Origin: Candidatus Dojkabacteria bacterium
GTDB lineage: Bacteria; Patescibacteriota; Dojkabacteria; SC72
Reading direction: 5' to 3'
Assembly: GCA_016182915.1 (NCBI GenBank)
Contig: JACPFP010000002.1
Span: 155,188 to 219,187, forward strand
Length of the DNA: 64,000 nucleotides
A program made the translations under genes and the position numbers. Of this stretch, positions 26,341 to 34,731 are shown in pieces (within the stretch, counting starts at the first letter, position 1; every line of letters starts with the position of its first letter). The notes under the pieces are model-generated. The model did not search any database. It saw only the letters and a program-made list of their open reading frames with translations, and was not told where the DNA came from.

Positions 26341-28024
26341 TAGATATATGAAAACACAGGTACTCCAAGGTGCAAACCTTATAAATACAGTGACAACTGT
26401 AAATATAACCCTTGATACAACTCCAAAAACAGAGTTTATAGAAGAAATCCAGAAGATTCATCCACTCTTTTTAGATGAGTTTATGGTGGAAGGTAAGACG
26501 ATAAGTATACAAACCAAACTCCCCCATCTATGGAAGGAAGCAGCAGTTGCCCTAAATAACTACTCCAACGGAGAATGGAGCTATGACCTAACAAAGTCAT
26601 TCCTATATGAGACACTAATCAAAAAACAAATTCTCTCTATGTCCACCATTCCAATACTGAGAGCAGCCCACGAACTAGGTTATGAAACAACCCAATATTT
26701 TATAGAGGAGGGCTTCACACCTGAAGGAGTTCTTAAAAAGTATAATAGATACTATGCAATTGGCGTAGGACAGGAAACTGAAACTATGATCTCAATAGCA
26801 AGCAGTGGTGATTCCAACCTTGCAAAGATGATTCAGGAGGATAAGTGGCTCACCAATATTATGCTTGACAGATTAAAACTCCCTATTGCTAAATGGGAAC
26901 TAATCCCAAGCAAGGATAGCCTTAAGGAGCTACACGAGAAGTATAGAAAGCCATATGTAATCAAACCTGTCGGTCTCACAGGCGGACACGGCGTTACAAC
27001 AAACATAGAAAGCCTTGATCAAGCTAAATCTGCCTACGATGTTGCAAATAAATCTATTGAATCAAAGGAGAGAAAAGATTGGCAGAAAAAGATAATGATA
27101 CAGGAACAAGTTTCTGGAGAAGACTACAGGCTTCTCGTTATCAATGGAGTCTTGGAGATTGTAACAAAAAGAATACCTGCCTTCGTAGTCGGTAACGGAA
27201 GCTCAACCATAGAAGAGTTAATAGTAGAAACTAATAAAGACCCACGAAGAGACACTTCCCTCCCAACCCATATCTTAAAACCAATCGTTATAGACGACCA
27301 GCTTAAAAGCTTCCTTAAAGAACAGGATCTCAATCTAAAGCATATCCCTAAAGCAGACGAGAAAGTATATGTAAGAAAGGTAGCAAGTATGAGTCAGGGA
27401 GGAATTACTGAAGACTTCACAGACCAGGTAAGTAAACAGATTAGATATATTGTAGAATCCCTTGCTAAATCCCTGCACGCCTATGCACTAGGGGTAGATA
27501 TCATCTGCCAGGACATATCAAAACCATTAACAATGGAAAACGGGTCAATCATTGAGTGCAACACAATGCCAGAATCATATCTTAATGCCTTCCCTGTAAT
27601 TGGAAAACAGTATCCTAATATAGGAAAAATCGTAGTAGAGGGATTAATCGGAAAGAAACCTAAAACAAAGAAATATGTATATATTGGAAAAAATATGAAG
27701 AAATTTGAGACTTTCCTTGCATTAAATACGGATGAGTCGGAAGATAGAGTTGGAATATATAGAAACGGAGAAGTAATTATTAATAACGAAGTTATAAACA
27801 GGTCGGTAGAAACTTGGAGAGCTATAGAGGCTCTTAAACTTAACTCATCCCTCTCTGTAATAGTCCTCCACTATCTATCGTTTGATGAGGTAGAAGAGTA
27901 TGGACTGGGTTTTGACTATACAGATGCAGTGGTTATCGAAAAAGAGCTTGAATCAACGAAACAATATTCCACAATACAAGGTCTTTCAAACATGGGAGTT
28001 GTTACAAAGGTGGAGACTATTTAG
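26333..28024 (+). CDS. cyanophycin-synthetase-like protein with N-domain plus ATP-grasp G-domain, lacking Mur-ligase M-domain
   Basis: DYRLLVINGVLEIVTKRIPAFVVGNGSSTIEELIVETNKDPRRDTS... matches the CphA G-domain GDGxSTIxELI...DPRRG pattern. An ~200-aa N-terminal domain is also present. The protein is 563 aa against ~900 aa for CphA. The track start is TTG at 26333, with an alternative ATG at 26348. Confidence 0.7.
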   Translation: MYDRYMKTQVLQGANLINTVTTVNITLDTTPKTEFIEEIQKIHPLFLDEFMVEGKTISIQTKLPHLWKEAAVALNNYSNGEWSYDLTKSFLYETLIKKQILSMSTIPILRAAHELGYETTQYFIEEGFTPEGVLKKYNRYYAIGVGQETETMISIASSGDSNLAKMIQEDKWLTNIMLDRLKLPIAKWELIPSKDSLKELHEKYRKPYVIKPVGLTGGHGVTTNIESLDQAKSAYDVANKSIESKERKDWQKKIMIQEQVSGEDYRLLVINGVLEIVTKRIPAFVVGNGSSTIEELIVETNKDPRRDTSLPTHILKPIVIDDQLKSFLKEQDLNLKHIPKADEKVYVRKVASMSQGGITEDFTDQVSKQIRYIVESLAKSLHAYALGVDIICQDISKPLTMENGSIIECNTMPESYLNAFPVIGKQYPNIGKIVVEGLIGKKPKTKKYVYIGKNMKKFETFLALNTDESEDRVGIYRNGEVIINNEVINRSVETWRAIEALKLNSSLSVIVLHYLSFDEVEEYGLGFDYTDAVVIEKELESTKQYSTIQGLSNMGVVTKVETI

Positions 28025-29408
28025 AAACCCTCTTCTTCTTAATCATCCCCGAAACTTTTAAGCTTCCGAATATTAGCGCAGCAAGGCCAACGGTAATTCC
28101 TGCAAACATAAGAGTTTTTTTAGGAACCTTATTTATCATTCCTATAGGATTTTTATTATTTTCCCTTTTGTATTCATCAAACTTCTTCAAAAGATAACTC
28201 TGACCAGGGAAATATGGGAGTCTATTGATCATATCCCTCACTACCCTCCTATTACTTACCCTCTTTCCCTTTACACTCACATACTGTGCATATATATCGT
28301 ATGTGCGTTTTGCAATATCTGACCAGTCCCAGTTGTCAACTTTATGCCTTGCTCTTTTACAAATATCTGTATAATCATTCTGTGAAAGATCGGCAATCTT
28401 TCTAACACTTTTCGCGAACTCTTTTGGAGATGCCTTCCTATCTATCCATATACCCACAGAGCTATCAACAAGCTCGTCAATCGTCTCGTTTGAAAGCCCT
28501 ACGATAGGTTTTCCAGCAGCCAACGCCTCGATAACCGACAAAGCCTGCACCTCAGCAATAGAGGCTGATACGAAAATATGTGATTTTTCCAAATACCCCG
28601 GTATTTTATCCGGGCTAACTCCATCTATAATCTCTACATTTCTATACTTTGAAGCCATCTTCCTGAAACTTTTCTCGTAATCCTCGAAAAGGAAACGTCC
28701 AATTAGAGTCAATCTGAAGTTCTTTGGGAAATATTTCATAACTTTCAAGAGATATTCCTGATTTTTTCTCTTTGAAATTGATCCTACGAAGATGAGATTT
28801 CTTTCCTTTTTTTTCTGAGATTGTAGTTCCAAAGAATTTAATCTTTCAAGAAACCTACCATTCGGAACAATATGCATATTTCCTGTGTATCCATAGTTAC
28901 GAAGTTCATTGGAAGCCACCTGGTTTAAAGCTATGACAGCAGTGCAATTCTTTAGATAATCCTGAAAATACTGCTTAAAGATCATCTCATTCATCATCTT
29001 GTAAACAAAGGAATCTGCTGATACATCAAAGAAACTTGCTATTTTGGTTGGGAGATAGTGAGAGGTATAGAAATATGGGATATTGTTATTGACAGCCCAA
29101 ATCTGCCCAATGAACGGTGCTAACCATCCACTATGCGAATGAACAATATCAGGTTTAAAGCTATCCAGAAAATCAAAGAAGAATTGGACTGTGTTAGGAG
29201 TGAATACTCCTAGCTCTCCACTTTCATAATCTCCACCCTGTAGTGTAACCTTAAGCATCCCATCCTCTTTATATATCCTGTTCTCTGTACCTGTGAAAAC
29301 AAGTGCTGTCTCTGCATATTCTGACATTGCCTGTGAAATTTCCATTGCAACCCTCGTCTCCCCTCCTAGGGTCTCTTCGGTTCCTGCAGCTAAATAGACA
29401 ACTTTCAT
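28017..29408 (-). CDS. GT4 family glycosyltransferase with C-terminal TM anchor
   Basis: GT-B fold motifs (EVQALSVIEALAAGKPIV) and a C-terminal hydrophobic helix LMFAGITVGLAALIFGSL. Confidence 0.85.
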   Translation of the reverse strand: MKVVYLAAGTEETLGGETRVAMEISQAMSEYAETALVFTGTENRIYKEDGMLKVTLQGGDYESGELGVFTPNTVQFFFDFLDSFKPDIVHSHSGWLAPFIGQIWAVNNNIPYFYTSHYLPTKIASFFDVSADSFVYKMMNEMIFKQYFQDYLKNCTAVIALNQVASNELRNYGYTGNMHIVPNGRFLERLNSLELQSQKKKERNLIFVGSISKRKNQEYLLKVMKYFPKNFRLTLIGRFLFEDYEKSFRKMASKYRNVEIIDGVSPDKIPGYLEKSHIFVSASIAEVQALSVIEALAAGKPIVGLSNETIDELVDSSVGIWIDRKASPKEFAKSVRKIADLSQNDYTDICKRARHKVDNWDWSDIAKRTYDIYAQYVSVKGKRVSNRRVVRDMINRLPYFPGQSYLLKKFDEYKRENNKNPIGMINKVPKKTLMFAGITVGLAALIFGSLKVSGMIKKKRVSK

Positions 29409-30235
29409 TACTTAGTATTAATAAACTCTTTAATAACATTGTATGATTTCTCCGGCTCAAAGGAAAGATGTCTGTGATTAAGAGCATTTATAATAACGGG
29501 CTTAACATGGAGCATATCTGCAATCTCCTGGGTAAACTGCTTGAAATACCACGGTTCATTAGCATTATATATAACCAAACTCTCCCCTTTGAAGTTATTA
29601 AGTCCCTTCTGATCTAGATCCTTCAGTGTAAAAACCGGTGTCATACTACTCTCAACGTCCCCATTCATTGCGTCTAAAAATATGAGATTTATATAGTACC
29701 TTGCCTTAGACAGATACAATCTCGAAGTGAGAAGCTCCAAAGCATATATAAGTTTAATATTAAATCTTAAGATAGCCAAAGGTATCCTTAACTTCCTAAA
29801 ACCATCGTAAACAGAAGCATTAAGACTTAATCGGGACTTCGTTTCAAAGATATTCTTCCTGCTGTGAAAACCCGATACAACAATATTCTTGCTTGGATTA
29901 ATATACCCCATTGATATAGCATGCAAGATGAATGTAACACCAAGAGAATACCCTGCTACACCGTAATCCTTAAATTCAAAAGAGTTTATGAATTTGGAGA
30001 TAAAAAGAACATATGAATCAAAATCTTTGACCTTAAGCAACTGTTTTGACTTACTCCCCCATCCAGGAAGATTTGCTCGTATAACTCTAATACCATCATC
30101 TTTCATAAGTTTGGTAATCCCATCAAAAGCAATACTTGATGATCCCCAAGGCGGTATAAAAAAGAGCGGGAATCCCTCCCCCTCATCTAGGTATGTAATC
30201 TCAATTCCATCAATCTTTCTACTTAGGTACTCCAT
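29408..30235 (-). CDS. alpha/beta hydrolase fold protein
   Basis: GxSxG nucleophile elbow (GYSLG). 275 aa, cotranscribed with the GT4 gene. Confidence 0.75.
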   Translation of the reverse strand: MEYLSRKIDGIEITYLDEGEGFPLFFIPPWGSSSIAFDGITKLMKDDGIRVIRANLPGWGSKSKQLLKVKDFDSYVLFISKFINSFEFKDYGVAGYSLGVTFILHAISMGYINPSKNIVVSGFHSRKNIFETKSRLSLNASVYDGFRKLRIPLAILRFNIKLIYALELLTSRLYLSKARYYINLIFLDAMNGDVESSMTPVFTLKDLDQKGLNNFKGESLVIYNANEPWYFKQFTQEIADMLHVKPVIINALNHRHLSFEPEKSYNVIKEFINTK

Positions 30236-30322
30236 ATTCCTCAGTATATCACAACATTAACAGTTCATCAGGATACTGCTATAATGACAATTATAGCTAT
30301 TTAATATAACTAAACATACCTA

Positions 30323-31264
30323 GTGAAATACCTAATCCTTGATAAAAAGCAGAGAATACATATAGAGAATAAGTACTCATATGTACTAACTAGAATAGTC
30401 GAAGAACTGGAAAAGATGGGAGCAGAATATAAAGTGGCATACAATGACGAGATTGAAGTAGCATTTATAGAAGGAAAGACTACAATAAGTGTACAGGGTG
30501 AAAATATAGAGAATTTTTCTCACATAATGTTCAGAGGAATGAGGTTAGACAGGCAGATTGAATATGAAACACGAAAGATCATTGTAGACTATATTGAGCA
30601 ATATAATATCTCAAACCCAAGCAAAGCCATTAAGGTTCAAAATCTTAAAGCCATAAAAAGGACTCATTTCTACGATAAGATATTCATAACCCACCTATGT
30701 GTACAGAATGGAGTTGCAATAATGAACACACTTTATAGGCCTATGGGTAACTACTCCGTGGAACATTCGCCTCTTAAATACCCTATGATTGTAAAACAGT
30801 ACGCAGGAGAGAACGATATAAGAGTGATTGAAGGAAAGGAGACCGTTAAAAAGAATGTCTTTCTCGTAAATAGCCCTGAGGAATTCCAGCAGGAGCACCT
30901 TAGAGATAGAAATCTCTCTGAATACATAATTCAGGAATTCATACCCTCAGGTGAAGACTTCAGAGTATTCGTTTCCAAAGGAAAAGCCCATTCAGGTTTT
31001 GGAAGAAAAGCTACCACCAACTTCATGACTGTAAATGCCGGTGAATATGCCAAACTCGACTTAGAGAAAAGGTCAGATCTCAAAGAATTTGCCCAGAAGG
31101 TTTCCTCAGTTTTCGGAGCAGACTTCATCGCAGTTGATATGATGATGAAAAATGGAAAACCCGTGCTACAAGAAATTAGCTTCAATCCAGGCTTTAAAGC
31201 CTTTGAAACCAAAACCGATGGTGAGTTTATTAATATGGCAAAGGTAATAATCGAATCTCTTTAA
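30323..31264 (+). CDS. ATP-grasp family ligase (RimK/GshB-like)
   Basis: GTG start. ATP-grasp features (DFRVFVSKGK..., ADFIAVDMMMKNGKPVLQEISFNPG). Confidence 0.7.
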   Translation: MKYLILDKKQRIHIENKYSYVLTRIVEELEKMGAEYKVAYNDEIEVAFIEGKTTISVQGENIENFSHIMFRGMRLDRQIEYETRKIIVDYIEQYNISNPSKAIKVQNLKAIKRTHFYDKIFITHLCVQNGVAIMNTLYRPMGNYSVEHSPLKYPMIVKQYAGENDIRVIEGKETVKKNVFLVNSPEEFQQEHLRDRNLSEYIIQEFIPSGEDFRVFVSKGKAHSGFGRKATTNFMTVNAGEYAKLDLEKRSDLKEFAQKVSSVFGADFIAVDMMMKNGKPVLQEISFNPGFKAFETKTDGEFINMAKVIIESL

Positions 31265-32418
31265 ATCCCTAATCTCTTGAAAATCTGGTTAACCTTCTCA
31301 GGATCTAATACTAGTTTTGCCTTTGGAATAAGGCCATCTTCAACCCAGGAGACCTGCTTCATACTAATCTTTCCAGCATACAGCTTTTCGTAGAGGGAGG
31401 AATCCTTCGCAATTGCCTTCCTAACTCTCCTATATCCCCTAAAATACACGACATCCTTATAATATAGTCCTGGTAGTGATGTATCGCCTAACCCCCTTTT
31501 AACGCGGTATGCGAAGTCAAATGCGAGATTCTTAGCAAGAAACGCTGTCATTGCATTATATAGGTCCCTGAAACTTACAGCCTCCCCCCAATACAATAAC
31601 CAACTAAAGGTTGCTTTCCTCTTCAAGGCATCAAAAGTGAGGACTTTCATAAGTTCCTCATTATATGTTGCCAATCCCTCTTCAATATCCTGATATTCCG
31701 GCAAATTGGATTTATATAGAACGGGTACTCCAGAGTGGATTCCGTTATATGACCTTAATACATGCGTCCCAATCTCATGAACAATCGATTTCCTAAGGTC
31801 GATTTTGGAGCGGGAGATATCCCCAGAAAGCAGTACTTCCTTCCTCTTTACCCCTACTTTCATAGCCTCATCTGCAATTCTTCCAGACTTAGCAACGGTC
31901 CAATCAGAAAACCCCAATTCACCTAGAAATTTAGTCATAATCCTCTCTATTTCAGCATATTCATACTCTCTTCCCTCTTTCTTCTGTTCTACAAGGTCGT
32001 AGTTTGAAACTTTTCCCCTTAAAACGAGAGATGCATTTTTGAATAGTCTTGCTGATGGTCTACCAAACCTCTTCCTAGAGATCTCTGTAATTAACCGATT
32101 ATCCCCTACTGCATTAAGCATATCGTTAACCTCTGATTTAGATTCTATGAGTTTCAGATAGAATTCTGAGATTCTTGGATCAACGTCAGAAATACTGGTT
32201 ATATCAGCTAACTCACGAAGGAGAGAGGAATTAACATTCTTAACAGGCTTATATTTAAAGTTAGGACTGTATGTCTCCGATTCAATAAACTTCTGCTTCT
32301 CCTCATCCAAGTTTATAGGCGTAAATACGTATGAAGTTGGGAGTTTAAGAAGATCTAGTTTCGCAACAACCTCTTCCTGTGTAACAACTCTTTTTCCCCT
32401 TCTACTAAATATAAACAC
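31261..32418 (-). CDS. DUF1704/MATCAP-like QEGLA-motif putative metallocarboxypeptidase
   Basis: EEGLATY (a QEGLA-like motif) and an HExxxH-type motif VHEIGTHVL. 4-bp convergent overlap with the ATP-grasp gene. Confidence 0.65.
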   Translation of the reverse strand: MFIFSRRGKRVVTQEEVVAKLDLLKLPTSYVFTPINLDEEKQKFIESETYSPNFKYKPVKNVNSSLLRELADITSISDVDPRISEFYLKLIESKSEVNDMLNAVGDNRLITEISRKRFGRPSARLFKNASLVLRGKVSNYDLVEQKKEGREYEYAEIERIMTKFLGELGFSDWTVAKSGRIADEAMKVGVKRKEVLLSGDISRSKIDLRKSIVHEIGTHVLRSYNGIHSGVPVLYKSNLPEYQDIEEGLATYNEELMKVLTFDALKRKATFSWLLYWGEAVSFRDLYNAMTAFLAKNLAFDFAYRVKRGLGDTSLPGLYYKDVVYFRGYRRVRKAIAKDSSLYEKLYAGKISMKQVSWVEDGLIPKAKLVLDPEKVNQIFKRLGI

Positions 32419-32464
32419 GACTTTATTGCTATAAAATAATTTCTATACGTTATTTTACCATAAT

Positions 32465-33721
32465 CTACCAATCTAAATCAGAGAGGAAGGCTCCAAGAAG
32501 AAACCAAACCCAGGGTGTCATGAAAAAATCGTATGTTATATTTCCGACGACGATGATTGAAAAGAGGCCCAATATAAGCGGAGACTTCCTTTTAAGTAAC
32601 TCAAGACCTAGGGAAATCACTACAAAACCAAAGGATAGAATCCCAATAATTCCCCCTTCTGCAAGCATTTTGGCATATACGGAATGTGGGGTAGCAAACT
32701 GGACCCTACTATCTATATTTTCCCTGTAATATTGAGGGAAATTCCCTATTCCAATTCCTAACACAGGATGTTTAAGAAAGATTTTAATAGATTGAATCCA
32801 GTAGTTTATATGTTCATTCGCTGAAAAATCGGCAAGGGTCAACCTTGTTAAAGCAAGAGGAAGGAATGAGGAATACACACGGCCTTTAACACCATCCTTA
32901 CGCATTATGAATCTATGACCATAGTAGACAATGAATCCTACTATTAATGCTAAATAGCCCGTTCTTGATGCCGTTAGAAGAATCATAGCAAGAGATAAAA
33001 TAAGAACAGATGTCGATAGAAGCATACTCTTTCTCTTATTAATCAGATCTACAGAAAAAACTGAAATCATAGCAAGAAAAACAGCAAATACATTAGTATC
33101 AATCATTAATGAACTAGGCCTGAGAAACAGTCCATTATCGGCAGTCCTAATATTGAATGCTGAGGCAGAAACAAAACCGCCTTTATCAAATACGCTAATA
33201 AACCATCCTAAATCCTGATTCATTCGATAATCCACATACTGCGTTAATCCAACAATAATCAGGATGAGAGCAGAAAAAAGTAATCCTTTCTTAAAAGTAT
33301 CACTGTCGCTCTTTTTAGGTAGTACAATTCCGACAAGGAATAGAGAGATGAGTATAGAATAATATCCTAACCCCATAATACTCTCATTAAGATTGTAAGA
33401 GGTCAGTAAAGATATAGCGGAAGCTAGGAGAAAGACACCTAAAGAGATAAATACAACCTTATACCGGATGAAAGCGGTGACAACAGCATCGAAAAGAGTA
33501 CGGAGACTTTTTCGGCAATATATCAAGTAGATTGCTAATAGAACCAAATATACAACTATCCATAATACTTTAGTCAGAGTTCTTGGACTTATCTCTCCTT
33601 CTGCTAAAATATCAACTATAAATGAGAGCCTTCCGGAAATAAGAATAAATAGAAATACGGATAGTATATATCCCATATTATGATGATATCTCTTTAGTAA
33701 ATACTCTATCTCCACTTGCAA
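32465..33721 (-). CDS. O-antigen ligase/polymerase-like (Wzy_C) polytopic membrane protein
   Basis: >10 TM helices. LTASRTGYLALIVG and HSVYAKMLAEGGIIG match the Wzy_C family R/H motifs. The true start is probably the internal Met near 33676. Confidence 0.6.
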   Translation of the reverse strand: MQVEIEYLLKRYHHNMGYILSVFLFILISGRLSFIVDILAEGEISPRTLTKVLWIVVYLVLLAIYLIYCRKSLRTLFDAVVTAFIRYKVVFISLGVFLLASAISLLTSYNLNESIMGLGYYSILISLFLVGIVLPKKSDSDTFKKGLLFSALILIIVGLTQYVDYRMNQDLGWFISVFDKGGFVSASAFNIRTADNGLFLRPSSLMIDTNVFAVFLAMISVFSVDLINKRKSMLLSTSVLILSLAMILLTASRTGYLALIVGFIVYYGHRFIMRKDGVKGRVYSSFLPLALTRLTLADFSANEHINYWIQSIKIFLKHPVLGIGIGNFPQYYRENIDSRVQFATPHSVYAKMLAEGGIIGILSFGFVVISLGLELLKRKSPLILGLFSIIVVGNITYDFFMTPWVWFLLGAFLSDLDW

Positions 33722-34691
33722 TCAGTTCAAGAGCCATACCAGTACCCTTAGCCACACAGAACATAGGTTCATCTGCAACATGAGCAGGTACACCCGTTGC
33801 CTTGGAGAAGAGCTTATCCAGATTTTTCAAGAGTGACGTTCCTCCGCTCATAACCATCCCTCTATCGATTATATCAGCGGCTAACTCTGGAGGAGTTTTC
33901 TCCAAAACCTCTTTTATAGCGCCAATAATCTTTGATAGTGCAAATTTCAAAGCCTCCGCAATCTCATTTGAATCAATCTTAATTGATTTTGGCATTCCCC
34001 CTGCTACATCCCTACCCTTTATCTCCATCTCCTTAGGATTCTGAACCTTAATTGCGGAACCAATTTTCATCTTAATACTCTCTGCTGTCTGCTCTCCAAT
34101 CAAGATTCCTCTCTTCCTTCTCATGTATGCAATTATGGATTCATTTAGGGCATCTCCAGCAACGCGTAGAGAGTTGAATTCAACAATACCGTCAAGTGAT
34201 ATAACTGCAATCTCTGCTGTACCACCACCAAGGTTAACAATCATATTTCCAGAAGAGGTTTCAATAGGTAGGCCTGCACCAAGGGATGCCAGAAGAGGTT
34301 CAGGAAGAAGACTTACTTTTCTCGCCCCTGCTCCCATAGCAGCCTTTAATACAGCTCTTTCCTCAACAGATGTAATTCCTGCAGGCACACTAATCATTAC
34401 TTCAGGCTTGAAGAACTTTGATGTTCCCAATGCCTTATTTAAAAAGTATTTTAACAACGCCTCTGTTACTCTGGAATCTGCAATTACACCGCTTCTAAGA
34501 GGCCTTTTAGCAACGATATTATCTGGAGTTTTACCTATCATTTCTTTTGCCTGCTGCCCTACCGCTATCACTGTGAACTTATTCACATCGATAGCTACAA
34601 CTGTAGGCTCCATAAGGACAATACCTTCTCCCTCAACAAAAACTATTGAGTTAGCAGTTCCTAGATCTATTCCTACCTTTTTTCCAAACAT
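33678..34691 (-). CDS. second MreB-like actin homolog (paralog)
   Basis: VGIDLGTANSIVFV..., NLGGGTAEIAVISL and MSGGTSLLKNL motifs. Confidence 0.85.
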   Translation of the reverse strand: MFGKKVGIDLGTANSIVFVEGEGIVLMEPTVVAIDVNKFTVIAVGQQAKEMIGKTPDNIVAKRPLRSGVIADSRVTEALLKYFLNKALGTSKFFKPEVMISVPAGITSVEERAVLKAAMGAGARKVSLLPEPLLASLGAGLPIETSSGNMIVNLGGGTAEIAVISLDGIVEFNSLRVAGDALNESIIAYMRRKRGILIGEQTAESIKMKIGSAIKVQNPKEMEIKGRDVAGGMPKSIKIDSNEIAEALKFALSKIIGAIKEVLEKTPPELAADIIDRGMVMSGGTSLLKNLDKLFSKATGVPAHVADEPMFCVAKGTGMALELIASGDRVFTKEISS

Positions 34692-34731
34692 AGTTGATTA
34701 TATGACAAATAACTGAATAGAACCAACCTGC

